Source: Chrysomallon squamiferum
Lineage: Eukaryota; Animalia; Mollusca
Reading direction: 5' to 3'
Assembly: GCA_012295275.1 (NCBI GenBank)
Contig: CM022679.1
Span: 7,626,001 to 7,690,000, forward strand
DNA: 64,000 nt
This document shows, piece after piece, positions 48,742 through 63,283 of this stretch (positions are counted from its first letter, which is position 1; every line of letters starts with the position of its first letter). The position numbers were made by a program, and so were the translations under genes. The notes beneath the pieces are model-generated. The model searched no databases and was not told the origin of the DNA. It saw only the letters and a list, made by a program, of their open reading frames with translations.

Positions 48742-50994
48742 AGTGAATCTGTATTATGATATGTTCTAATGTCTGAATAATTCATAACATACATAGTTTA
48801 TTATTTTATAGAGTAATGTTGTGTGTGAAGATATAATTTTAATACTTTTGTCTTTGTAAATTATTCTTTATGGCATCTTTTTTCTTTTTTTATCACCATC
48901 ATGTTGTTGTTGTTTATTTATTCAAAAAGAATCGTTTCATTTCGTTTTAACTTGTTTAATTTTTTTATTTGTTTGTTTGTTTGTTTTATTTCATTTCATT
49001 TATTTATTTAATTATTTATTTATTGTGAATGCTTGATCGTCAATTGCTTGTTTGTATAAGTGTTTATGTGTATATGTGTGTTTTGTTTTTCCATTTCTTT
49101 CTTCTTCTTTTTTTCCACATTATGTTTTTAAGAAAAATCTCTCCAATTCAACATAATTACCGATCAGGCAAACAACAGGCTGGAGTGCAAATACACACAC
49201 TAAGAGGTGCATACGTGCGTGCGTAGATGTGTATTTTGAAGAGAAAAAATTAAAATAAAACAGCTCTGTAAGTCCAATGATCTATGAGTGACCGTATTCA
49301 TATAATTAATTGCTAAGCGTTGTCATTTCAGTTCAGTTATGTTTTTGATTAATTGCACTTTTTCAGTTAGGTTTGTTTCCAAAAATAGAAGAAAAAAAGA
49401 AAGAAAGAAGAAATTGAATTAACACGTTTTGTTTGCTTTCCCACTGACTGTACCCGAATTATTACAATACAACAAAAGAAAAATTAATAAATACTGTAAT
49501 CTGATAGGTCCTTTTTATCTAATCGCATTTTCCTATTGATTCGCTATTGTACATTAGCAACAGACGTAGTTACGAGTACCAGTAGTTGTTTTCGTAACTG
49601 AAAGGATGTAAAATCACCAAGCAGTTTCTGCGGATTTGACGTGATTGAATAACAGACAATTTCCCGCGGAATGTAGTCATCATGTCTGGTGTATAGAATG
49701 TATTGCTACGGAACCGCTATTGCTTGTTATTAATAAAGATCTGAATACGACATTTTTAAAGTGATTTGTAGCACTAACAAAAATCGGTACATTGCCCACA
49801 TCTTCTAGATTTTTCTATTTTTTTATAATTCCATTTTTTTTTTCTTTCTTTCTTTTTGTTTTTTAAATTATGTTTGTTATCGCAAAAATATAATCAAATT
49901 TCCATCTAGATGGATTTCTATATTCATGACGAGATATTTCGATGTTTTAGCTGTATTCGATCGTGACCAGAAATAAAAATTAATTTGAAATAAAATTCTG
50001 TGATCTTGTTGAAATGAAATTCTGTCTTCCTGGTTCATATTAACTGCTAAAAATCGTTGCATGTTCATTTGAATATGTTAGACACGGCGAAAGAGTTTTT
50101 ATGATTTTATTTTTATTTTTGTTATTGATGTATTTAAAATAAGCCTGTAAGCGGTGTAAAGATCTAGGATTTATGGAAAGGTGGAGAATTGCAGCACGTG
50201 ATCGATTCAAGTTTTAAGACGAACTAAGAAATGATCTCGTGCAGAATATAAACATCATTAACAAGGCGTAAAACCAAGAATTTTTGTCGATTTTTATACC
50301 ACGTTAAATGGAAAATAATAGACTGACATAATTGACTTTTGCTTGTTCAGTTAAATAATTAAACCAGTTTAATCTTTTATTCCTAAGTCAGAAAGAAAAA
50401 ACGAAGAAGAAAAGAAGATAAAACAAAATCATTTAGATGTCTTCTTTAATTTTAATCACACTGCAAAAAAATATATATAACCTCCCTTCTGCGCCGGGTT
50501 TTACAGCGGATATCCACAAACATAACAATCGATATTTTACACATTAAACAAAACGAAAACTGTCTTCCTTTCCATCCTCCCTAGCGAGTTACGAAACACA
50601 TGACATACAGTTGGCAAAATTGCTTAATTGGTTGTTAAACCTAAAGGCAGGAATATCTAACAAAAATCAATCAGTAATGAGCTTTAATGAGAAACGCAGA
50701 CGACATGTGGTTCACACGAATCTGCTTCGGGCTTTCATCCACACCAGTCGGTTTCAAATAAATAAAATCACGCGACCTGCACATTACTCGAGCCGAACAT
50801 CGGAACTGCTGTTCATAATCAATGACATTTCATACCGCTTTGTGCGAACGCGTGTTAATATATTGTTTTGTTTTATAAATAAAACGGCCGAAATGTTAGT
50901 GGGCGACGAATACGCCGTACAGACTTATGTTACAATGAAATCACTTTGTGCAAAACTGATCCTACATTAATTGAATTATTATTATTATTATTAT

Positions 50995-51028
<34 letters not shown>

Positions 51029-51041
51029 GTAGTAGTAGTTG

Positions 51042-51079
<38 letters not shown>

Positions 51080-51689
51080 ACTTCAATAACGTGTTTTTTT
51101 TTGTTTTTTTTTAATAATTACATATTATGCAGTCGATCTTTCTAACATATAAATCTAAAATATTCCTTTTTTATAAATTCTCATATGTATACATGCACAC
51201 ACACACACATATATAAATACATATCTACATACATAAGATTTCATACCTACAGCATAAAAACTGAAAAGAGACGCCATTGTAAATACGTATTTACCAATTA
51301 AAATCATGGGGTTCTGTTACGGTTTCCTGCATCTTTTAATTACTGACCACGGATGCCATCGAAGTTTTATATCAGCCCACATAGATTTCTGAACAGACAC
51401 AGCTATCATTGGTTTTTGCATTTCACTATATTCAGAAACCAATGGCAGAACCTTGGAAACACCAGTGCTTTCATCATATTTGCTGAAAAAGGTTTTGTCT
51501 TAAATACTGTTTGATGTAATTTGCTTTATGTGGATCATCTATAACTCTGTGTGTCCTTCTTTTATCTATTTAATCATTCTGTCTGTTTAATCATTTTATC
51601 TGTCTTTTTAATCACTTTATCTCTATTTATATTTATATCTGTTTCTTGCTTTCCCTTTTTTCTCTTTTTCATTTGTCTTTCAATTGTTC

Positions 51690-51692
<3 letters not shown>

Positions 51693-51764
<72 letters not shown>
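51693..51764. repeat. (TC)n microsatellite
   Basis: Direct. Confidence 0.98.
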
Positions 51765-51766
<2 letters not shown>

Positions 51767-52217
51767 CTAAGCAAAAACAAACAACGAACTGCAAACATAC
51801 CAGTTATTTTGTTAATAAAAATAATTTATCACTTAACGACACGATAGTAATTAAATTTGACACTAGTAATTATAAATTTATCTCTTTTTTGTTTACAATT
51901 TTTTAAACAGATCAGTTCACAGATATTGCTTGCATGCACGGTTGGGTTTGAATGGTAAATATTTTACGTCATTTCTTTTACAACAGATATTAGTCAATAG
52001 CTGTTCATACTTAGATCAGTTCAGTTCACAGACGAACGAATTTGATACCGTTGATGCATTCAAATTAAATATTAAAATGGCGTTAACAAATACAAATATA
52101 CTTTCTAAAGAGTCATTAGGGAGATAAGTCTATTCCGTTGCTTATTAATATGTGGAATAAATAGCCAGACTCATAAGGTAAGATATATCATTAATTAATT
52201 ATCTGTAGTTGTTGCTG

Positions 52218-52280
<63 letters not shown>

Positions 52281-55200
52281 ATTTTTTTTGGGGACATATC
52301 ATATAATTTACTATAAACGAGTACTGTTTCAGTGGAAAGTTCCGATTTATTGATCTGGTAGGGTTCAAAACGATCGCAAGGGATGATAGGTTTGTAGTAA
52401 GTAAACTGTTCTATTGCATGAATGCACCAGGTGTCAGTCGTCTGCTGCAGACGTCTTGGGAAATCAGCAAGGCAGAAAAGCGCGCGGATTTTGCACTGAT
52501 TGTTTCTGCCATTCTGACTCATTATGACGAAGTAGAAACTAACTTTCAGGTAACACATTATTTACCTTAGACATAGAGATTTAAAACAAATGTATAATGA
52601 ATTTATATTCCTCACTGTGTGATTTACACATTTTGGAATATACTTATATTATGTGACGTGAAAGATCGAAGCGAAAAATAATTGTAAGTTATATCTACAT
52701 TTGATCTACATATGCAGTATTTGTTATTAGTAGTAAATAGTATTAGTAGCAGTACATTTTAAATACTTTTTTTTTTATTGAATATGTTCATGACCTTCTT
52801 TTGCTATAGACATAAATGATAAACATATTCGGAAGATCCATTTTCGAGTTTATAAAATAATTAATATTTTTATGTTGTTGTTCTATTTTTTCTTGTTTTC
52901 ATTCTTTTATTTTTATTTTATTTTATTTATTTTTTTACAAATATAAAATTACTGCATAATAGACGTATAGATAGATTTATTCGGTTGAATTCAGTGTTTG
53001 TTTTAGAATAAATAATCAAACAGAAATAAATGTAATGAAATAAAACAATACCGAAAAAAATATATGTGCTTTGAATATTAATCATGAATATGTTTGTAGG
53101 CCACAAGAGGTGGCCAGTTAATGAAAATGGCTTCTAGGCATGATTAGTGTCAATGGCAAATATTTTATTCCATTCAGAAATCCAGGGACAGAACACCGTG
53201 TAACTGTAACCTTGTTAAATGTAAGTAACATCACCGAAAAGAGCATGACGTTAATTGTGTTAACTACAGAGACAGTTATTATTTAAGAAACACCCGAATT
53301 AACCTTTACAACAGCAACAATCATAGCTTACGTACATTTTGTTTGTAGTTGTTTACAAATGTACCAAAAAGAAGTCTGTTATTCTTTACATATGAAAATA
53401 GATTTGTAATGTTTAATTTGGCTAGACACTAACGTAATTAACAACTAAATAAAAAATAAAAAATAAAAAAAAAAAAAAAAAAAAAAAAATAAATAGAAAC
53501 AGAAGTATTATCTGTTATGAAATCATCTGCATTTATACTAGAAATAACAGTCTAATACAAATGAAACGAGTTCCGGTTAGAACTCCCGGACAAAGAAATG
53601 CATGTACAAAACTAATATAATACAGTAAGATAATATAATAAATAGAAATTAACCACGATCGAAAAATGTGCACATAAATTAAAGATTACGTCAGTACGTT
53701 GGTTCCAAATGGTCATTCCTTTTTTATATTGATCTTACAACAGAAGAATGGGAGGGAGTCGTTAACTTCGTCGTAGAAGCAGTAGATGCGGAGGCATACA
53801 AAATATGCAAATGTTAGTAAATATAGGCGTGGGACAGGAACAGAATAAAGCAGAGATTCTGCTCTTCCCTGATGATGTGTAATCTAGCGAAAAAAAGACA
53901 ACTGACGTCTGATTAGCTGGCAAAGAATGAAGATTTGTTACTTCGTTAGTTTGTATTATGAATCTATTAGGAATTTTCAGTATGTTTGCCTTACTTCTTG
54001 TACTGATTACGAGTGTTGGCTAAGTACGAAGTATAGACAATTTATCTTGTCATGTTCGATCAGTGTTCGTTTGCAAAAAGGCTTTTTGTATTAGAGAACA
54101 AGAACGAATGACAAGATGGTTAAAAGATATCTGTTATTTCATATCTACTGTTACCTAAAACTCTGACGTTCTTCTCTTTTTTTTTCTCGCTTTTGTTCTT
54201 CTTGTTGTTGTTGTCGGCGTAATTGTTTTGTGTGGATTTTACAGTATAGTATACAATATATAATATCCATTCTAAAAGGCTATGTATCTGTATAATTTAT
54301 ATACATTTAAATTATGTAGTGCTGAAATTAGTTTGCGTGGGAGACTGAAAGACTTAAGTACATTCGAACTTTTTTTTAAAAGCTAAGATAATGATGTTAT
54401 CGACTGTAGAAAATTACTAATAATTATATGCAACATAATTACGAATTTGTTATGACATAATGTAAACAAAGCTCGGTCGTAACTGTATGAAATAATCTTC
54501 TAGTTGTCATGCGACCGTCAGTACATGCTTTTAAACTCATTTTGTTTATTCCTTGTTATTGTGTATAATTATCGTAAACACGGTGTAACCTGATAATTCT
54601 GTTCCTGGTGAGGTATATGATTATATTCTTTGATTTAAAAAAAACAATGTTACGGACTTCAATCAGAGTAAGTCATGAAGCGTATATTTGCATTTGTAAC
54701 CCACGTACAAAATTTTTTCATGTTTGTTCAAACATACCAATCAATAAATGATGTTGCAAAATTATATTCCAATTATCCAACTGGTAATTTGTCCCATTAT
54801 TATTGTCAGGAAAAAACTAGTTATTTCTTCCTATTTTTTTCTTCTTTATTTATTTATTTTTGTTTTTTCTTTATTTTTTTTTATTTTTTTAGAATTTTTT
54901 TTAGAGTGAGATGGGGGGTTGGTACTGGCAGAATGTTAATGGCAAAGTTTTTGTTTATTTTATTTTGCTGTTTGTTAGTGGGGACGCTTTCTTCTTTTTT
55001 TTTTTTCTTTCTTTTTTCTTCCATTTCGTGAATGTTTCCTATACACAGAATAGACTTTTCCTTTCATATGTTAATTTATACGATGAGATATTTGCAAAAG
55101 AAATGTTGCTAGAATTTTTGTGTATAACAATTAGTTCTGTCATTTTCAACAGAGTGTGCACTGGATAATTTTGGAATGTTTCCGTCAAAAAAAAAAAAAA

Positions 55201-58200
55201 AAAAAAAAAAAAACTGTTCAAACATTCCTTTCAATGGCACATCCTCTGACTTAACAATTCTGCCCAAGCCAAATATCTGTAGAATAACGTAATTTGTAGC
55301 ATAATACATGATAAAAGAGTTCCGGGTTTACAGAATCCATAATCACAACGTATCGATATCACATCCTGAAATTAATTCACACAGATAAATATAAACATCA
55401 GTATACAATAAAAATACCGACTGCTTGTTATTAAATTACGTTATCAGTAATTGCTTTTCTGATTGCTTTAGTCGGGTTTTCCCCCAAAGCCCTGATGATA
55501 TTAATTGCGAACAACATCATCATTACAACGTTTTATTACCAATAAAGTAATGTCTTCTTGTTGATAGTTTCATTAAGCAACAGACTAATGTATTCATGGA
55601 TTTAAGAATTCGCGGTTTCAGCTCTCGATTCTTGCAGTGATGACGACATTTAAGAATCGAGCCGAACTGAGTTAATGTTGCATGAAAATGAAATCCAACA
55701 AAGTTTAAAAGACGTTTTAATAACTGTATATTTAGATTACATTACAAAAAATAAGGGGAATTTAATACCAGTTATTTTATGAAATAACAAAAAATGACTT
55801 TATCAGAGAAACCGATATGATCTAATTAGGATGTTCGTGAAACGTGCTGATGTTCAGAACTGTGTGTCTTTAATATACAGTCTCAAAACAAAGCATATGC
55901 TACAAGTTACAGAGAGATCTTATACTTGTTGATTAAATCTGGCAAGAAGATGCGGTTCAGTTATCTGCCGATTGTAAACTGTGTAATTTATCTACAATAC
56001 AGCAGAGACTTTTAGCTACAACTTGCTAATAATTTGTGTTAAATATCTAAGTTCTTTGACTGATACGCCAGAGATTGTATTTGCAAGCAGACCAGAGCCA
56101 CTACCAAGGGAACAGTTCTTCAATCCTTGTAAGTGTTAAAGCTTGAGCAAATGGAATTTTACCACAAAAGCCACTTTAATAGACAAAACATCAGCTGTGT
56201 GGCCGCAACACATGGATACTTTAGAGATGAACGGCAGAAATAAACGTTTCATGGCAGAAGAAGAAAGGGCTTTTGCCTCTAAGTAAAAAGGCTTTTATAA
56301 GGACATCTGCACGCGTGCTAGTTAATTGTGCGTTGTGAAAACAGACTTATGGATTTCACATTAGTCTGAGATTTAATCCATTAGCAGGTTTGTCGTTGTT
56401 ATTCTTTAATTTAGTTTGTATTTATTTTTATATGTTTAATATATTTTACTCTTTTTTTAAGTTTTTTATTATTATTATTATTATTTATTTTTTTTTTTTT
56501 TTTTTTTAATTATTAGATTATAGTTGTTGCTATTGTTTTTTTTATTTTTTTTTAAGTTTTTTTTTTTTTTTCTAATGTAATGATTTTGTTTATTTTGTTT
56601 CTGATTTCTTGTAGTTTTAATCATTGTTTTCTTACATGTTATGGAAATTTATAGCAAATTTAATTCTGTTAGTCAGTGTCATGTTGAATTAATTGATAAG
56701 AGATGAATTATGTTCGTCATCAAAACTTTTAAATGATTTATCTCCAGCTCAGTTACAAAATTCTGATTGTTCGCCGAATAAATCCTCCCTGTCCATGAGA
56801 AGGTATATGTAGAAGATCCCTTGCTGCTAAATGAAGTAAAAGAATTACACAAGTAATGACGTCAATATAATTTATCTCTTGTGTTTTCACTTCATAAAAC
56901 AGGATATTTTAGAAAATAATTACAGTGCATATGAAAACATGCCGAGATAAACATTTGTTATTTTGTTAGTTCGTTTTTAATATTATAACAGTTAAATAAC
57001 ATAAAGCAAAATATAGGTGTTGGCAGATCTATAATTAGACATTCAGAAACCAAATACAGATTAAAATATTTATATTTCTTGTTGCTGCAGGGATAAAAGG
57101 TGACAGCATGCTGACATCTAAATTTTTAAAATAATCAGTTATGTGCAGCAATACAGATTAAAGATAAGAATTACAACACGCTGAAATAACTACTGCTCGT
57201 TGAAATCAACTATCGTGTGCTATCTTCTGTTTTGGCGTTCCTTCTGAACTGCCATCGTTTTCTCAAGAAAACAACAAACAGCATGAGTCTTATTCCAACT
57301 GTGTGATAATACGTGTATTTCGTTCCTTTCTAGCGAGTGTTAATCTTCTTACCAGCTGTATCTCACACCAGCTTCTCGCCACTTAGTCAGTGAGTGACCT
57401 GGATAATAATGATAATACACGTCAGTGTATATAATACTGAGGTGTGTAATATTGTTCTGGTGTTGATACCACTAGCAATGGCAAAAAGTGTAAAGTTCAT
57501 TTCTAATAAGTTAACATATATATATACAGGTTCTTTTTATTATTATTTTTTTCTTTTCTTTTTTTCTATATTTGTTATTAGTTAGTTATTGAATCACCGA
57601 GTTAGTTATTTATTTACTCACATCGTTACAGTTTTATTTATTTAATTATATATTTATTTACTCACTGACTTATTTGTGATCGATTATTTTATCTTATTTT
57701 ATATTTTATTAATGCCTACGAAATGTGAAGCTACATACAAATTTATACTTCAACACGAGCAGGATATATTTTTATCACCTAGTATTAAATTATAGCTTGT
57801 AGCGATACCGCGAAATCTAGGAAAAAAACAAAAAATGACATTTGTGGCACATGTCGATTGTAATTTCCAGACGAAATGAGATACAATCGAAGCTGTGTTT
57901 CATTTTTTTTTTCTTTCATTGATTAGTAAACGGATATGCAATGCTCCTGAAGAGCCAGACGTTTAAATGAATCAACAAATGGAAAACGACAAGGAACACG
58001 CATAACAAAAGTTATCTGCTCTATTCCTTTGTGTATCAAGGTTGATTTCTTGTTTTGTGTGTTTTACATTTGTCGGTTCGTGCTCGTGCTGGGACAGAAA
58101 ATCCCATCAGTTCGATAGAAAAATCAATTTTCATTAACAATGACAATTGAAAGAAGATAATTTTAATAAAATTTAGATATTTTTTTTCTTTCTTTCTTTC

Positions 58201-60862
58201 TTTTCTTTGATATTTACTAATTTATAACAGTTCACTGTAGAACAGGGCCTAGATACGAATCTGTGTTCAGTTTGATGGTAGCAAATCGAAAAAGTCTGTG
58301 AAAGCCAAAAGGAAAGAAAAAACGTAAAAACTGAGTGTTATTCACTTGATTTCCATGTGTACATAGAGCATCATGTATGCTTTGAGTAACAGAGAGGAAA
58401 ACCAGATATTGATTTTCATTAATAGCTTTAATTTTTTTTTATTATTATTATTACAAAACAAAATATACAAACGTTAGCAACTATATATATATAAAAATAA
58501 TAATAATAATAATAATAAAAAGTAAATGTTATTATAAAAATTAAAAAAATATGTTATTCCGGAAGATTTTATCTGCATTTTTATGAGAATCCTCCACCAT
58601 ACTTCAAAAGCCGAGCATCAAATTTCAAATAATAATAATAATAAGAAGAAGATATTCATTAATAATAAAATGAAAAAAGTAGCTAATAGTAATAAAAGGG
58701 AGAAAAAAAATTAAATAAAAGAACTGTATTTATTAGACAAATAAAACGGGCAGATAGGTCGACACGATAGCTAAGGTCAAGCAGATTAAATATATTTTTT
58801 ATTATATTCACAACGTTTAATAGTGATTTACTGATAATTACAAAAATGACTGTACTACAGACTTTGTCACTGTGTATTATTTGTTATTTTTTTATGAATG
58901 TCATTTTTATTGTTATTGCCTAATACGTCGTATACGTTTCTGTGTATGTGTAATTGACTTGTATATCATCTCTATAAGGACTGAGTTAAAGCTATTCATG
59001 TGAGTAAATAAACAGAAAATTGGAATAAACATGTACAAAAAAAAAAAATTGATTTGTAAAAATTTTGATACATAAATAACATATATTTGTTAAATGAAAT
59101 AAAAATATAGTTATAACTGGTCTCGATAATAAAACACAATAGTTCTACTTTTTCTTTGAAACTGGTCGTTTTTAGTTCGCTATGTGCAGTATATACTGGA
59201 CCTTACAACTTAATATAAAGCAAGCTGAAACGCAAATTGTCACTGAAACCATTTCAATTACAGACATAAATCCTTTAAATTGTCTAGACAGAGATTTTAA
59301 CTTTGTAGTCGTATACATGTATATATATCGTATATATGTTATTAGTAAGCTACTAAAACAGGAATATTTCTGCTGAGAACTAATAAAAAGTCAACATTTG
59401 AAAACTGATTCCTCTGTTAGAGTAAACTAATAATCATTTTTGTTCTTCTTAACTATTTAAGTCTTCATAGTAAATTAAGCGTAGAAATAACACAAACTAG
59501 TTGAGTTATCAGCAGGTCGTTAATCATTTACAAGTCTGTTTTTTGAGGATCTTTCTCAATAGTCTCTTGTTAATGTGATTGACTGCAGCTTTAACAGAAT
59601 AACAGTTACAGTTGTATGTAAATAAGTATTCTTTATATTGGTGTACTTGTGTAAGAACGTGATAAGCATTATTTGTTTATCTTTGAAAGATTTTCTGCAT
59701 TTGTTTATTTCTTTCAAAGAAAGATACTTGTATTAATTTTAGATTTGTGCAGTCATCACCTGTTATATATCTAGCTTTTATATCATTTCATTATTTCTGT
59801 ATTTAAATACATTCATTGTATAATAAAAGTGCATTATATAAAAAGACTGGCTTTGAAGTAGAGAACTGACATAAGGCATGTTTAATTAAATTGACTCCAT
59901 GTAAAAAGACTGGCTTAATAATAGAACATACACAAGGCGTGGTTAGATGAACGAAGCAGTGGGGGGGGCTGTTTATCTCTAAAATTACTATATGAGCGTT
60001 CTGGTTAACAGGAAGTCGGCATAAAATATATCTTGCAATTAATCGAAAACAAATGGCCCATTGCAACATATTGTGGGTTATCTCTCTCGTTATCTATCGA
60101 GTCCTTTCCAATAAGTGTATGTAGCCATGTAACTGGATATATTTTTTCCCTTTATTCGTTTTCTAATCGCATGAAATACATCGAGCCCATTTTTTTCTTA
60201 GCCGCTGGTATTTCAGTATTATACATGTATCTGGTATAGCAAAACGTCTGTAAGACAAAAAACGCGACACTGGAAAGCAGAGACAAAGAACGTGATTTTA
60301 GGTGACTTGTGTGTATAGCTTGCTGGAGAGTGAATCCAAGTACTGACAGTTTATCTGACAGTGTTGGACTTTTTCATGATATATTTTTATTATTGTTTTG
60401 GTAACAGCGGAATGAATAATCGAAATAAGCGTAGTCACTGTTACGTTATTTATTAAAAGGCAGGAAGATTTGAATTAAAATCACAATTTTTTTAATTAAA
60501 GTTTAAGTTATGTTATTTATGTAGTTGTATGATGGTGCTGTAGTAATGATGGTGGTATCGATGCAAATTGTTGTTGTTTTTATTGTTAATGTATCAGGAA
60601 GATGTATGTATTTCTGTAGTGTATTCTAAAGTATTTTTAGATGAAATACATCGTTATCATTCTGTCTTGTGTTCCAGTCTTTCTTCCCTAAACAGTGCGA
60701 TTCCAGAAGATCAGTCATTAATTGTGTATTGCGTGAAATATCTAATTTAGCCTTGTGTCGTCTGACATTTACACATCTCGTCATTTACCATTCGGTGTGT
60801 CCTTCAGACATCAGCATATTTATCTTCTAATTTTTATATATATAGATAGATAGATAGATTTT

Positions 60863-60897
<35 letters not shown>

Positions 60898-61555
60898 TTT
60901 TTTGTTGTTGTTTTTTTTTTTTTTTTTTTGTTGTCGCGGCGGTGGTTTTCAGACTTTTGGTGTGCCGTCTGACTTGGACTCATCTTCAGGAACAGCCTGT
61001 GCCCTACTACACTCTATGATCAGAACTCCTGACCATTCTCCAGAGATTCTGCTCTAAACGTTGTCGCTGACAAACATGGCTGCTTATCCCGTCTGTTTCC
61101 ATGGCACAAAACGTTAATGATCTACCGTCGTCACACTGTTCTGTGTTCAAGATTTTTTGCCTAACTCAGCAGAATTTTTGTCTGTTGTCATTCGCGAACA
61201 TATCTTTCAATATATTTCTTGGTATGACACTTTCTCTCTGATTTTGGCATATCTGTTGAGCTTACCGAGCGGTCAAACTTTTTTTTATCACAGTTCTAAG
61301 GTTCCACGCCTAGCAAGGGATCTTGATTTCTTGTATCATATTAAAAAGTCTTAAATCTCCAATGTTTATTCTACATAACTGTGTTTATAGGCTGACAACT
61401 CAGACTCACATAATCACTTAATAATGACTTCACCTGGACTAAAATAATTCTATATTTGTCATTTTATTGTGGATTGAATAGTTGATTTGTCTTATAATTT
61501 GAATTATCATTGTTGTTTTTTGGGGGTTATATTTTATTTATTATTATCATCATCA

Positions 61556-61614
<59 letters not shown>

Positions 61615-62285
61615 GTTGTTGTTATTATTATTTATTTATTTATTTTTGTTTATATTCATTCATCAAAAAAAAAAAAAAAAAACGAAATAAAAAAGAAAAC
61701 TAAATAAAATGAAATAAAAATTCATATATTTTCGTGTACAATACAAACAATATTATCACCACAGAGATGAAAGAGGACATTAAGTTAACTATATTTTTGA
61801 CAACATCTTTATTTTAAAACTCCTGCTTGGTCTGTATATTTTTATCTTAACGATGGGTGAAGATTTACCATTTTGATACTGATAATAAGAAAATGTGAGC
61901 TTTCCATTTCTACTATAATGATGATATGAAAGAGGATGTACGTTGCAGCAACTGCACGGTTTTGTCTTATAAACGCTTTCCCAGAGTTAAGAAAGCACAT
62001 ACCACAACCTTTGCTGAACCTGTATTTGGGCACTATCTGGAACGGGAAGTAACTCAAATGATGTACTGATCTTATGACTCATTATGCCTCTGAGCTGCTA
62101 TCCTTTATGTTAATAAACAAATGAATGGAAGAATGTTAATCTTCTTATTTTGTCTGAATACGTCAGAATTAGAAACATTTATATTTCTGAATGTAGTTTC
62201 AAAGCGCATAACTCGATGTTCCAACTGCTTGACTGAAGCTTTTCGAAAAGCTGATACTAAATAAATATACAACATAACTTACTTA

Positions 62286-62420
62286 GGCGTGCGCATGCAA
62301 AATGGCTAACTGCAATATTACATCAAATTACAGATTTTGGCAAAGCTTTTCATTTCAAGTTGAAGTCGACACACAGCATTGATCTGTTATACCATGAACT
62401 TTTGACGTCAGCGGCGGCAG
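62286..62420 (+). promoter_or_regulatory. Candidate promoter/enhancer upstream of the GPCR
   Basis: NRF1-like GCGTGCGCATGCA (62287-62299), YY1-like AAAATGGC (62299-62306) and palindromic CRE TGACGTCA (62403-62410), ~0.9 kb upstream of the ATG. Confidence 0.4.
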
Positions 62421-63283
62421 CAGCTGTAGTATGTGTGTGTGGCATCTGAGGTTCAGAGTGTTTAACTACGGCGACTGTTATTTAGACTTACCAGCGTTTG
62501 AATCGCTCATTTTCACTATTCTTCGTATACGTCCGTTTGAGTTACATTGCCTGTCCTCCAATCCGTAACTCTTAATTACTTGAAATCAAATCAGTCATGC
62601 GTTTTGGTGCCAAAACTGTGAACGTACGACTTGAAGAGCCGCTGTTAGATTACTTACTCCAAAAAAGAACGAAAAACAAAACTTGATTATTTCTGGTTTT
62701 TTTGTTGTATATTTACTGAAATTCTTTCTGTTGTTGAATTTAAGGCTCTTTGTATTTTAGACTTGGTTCCCTTTTTAGTTATGTTCTTTGTTGTTTTGTC
62801 AGGAGTGGGGTTTGGCTAATTTGTTGTGTTTTTTGTTTTTTATGTTTGTGTTTCTTTGTGTTGTTTTTTTTTGTTTTTGTTTTTTGTTTTTGTTTTTTGA
62901 TGGAATTTTATTGATGCTTTGATTTCGTTAATGTGTTATTTTTTAATTATTTTTTGTTGTTGTTGTAATCTTTTATTATTATTTTTTTAATTTTGATTAT
63001 TATATTATTGAAGTTATTTATTTATTTTATTGATGTTTTGTTGTAATTTTGATTATTTTTATCATCATTGCACAACATTCGATTTCTTGAACACGTTATT
63101 CTTCTTATTTCAGATATTACGTAAACACTTGTAAGAAGAAGATATTTTAATTCCTGTGGATATTCAAAATGACTACGTTTTCTCTTTTCTTATTTTTTAA
63201 ACACTGATTTTAAAACATGCTCACTGATGTGCCGTGCATACGAAAATGTAAAATATATTCAGGGAAATTCTCAGAAAACAGAC

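Noticed and set aside
50611-50970. 119-aa ORF
   Set aside because: TTG start, no recognisable motif, no splice context.
59838-59950. Two-copy ~62-bp repeat (taaaaagactggctt); similar small duplications at 8184, 25565, 39370-39600 and 41410
   Set aside because: Ordinary local slippage duplications with no further structure.
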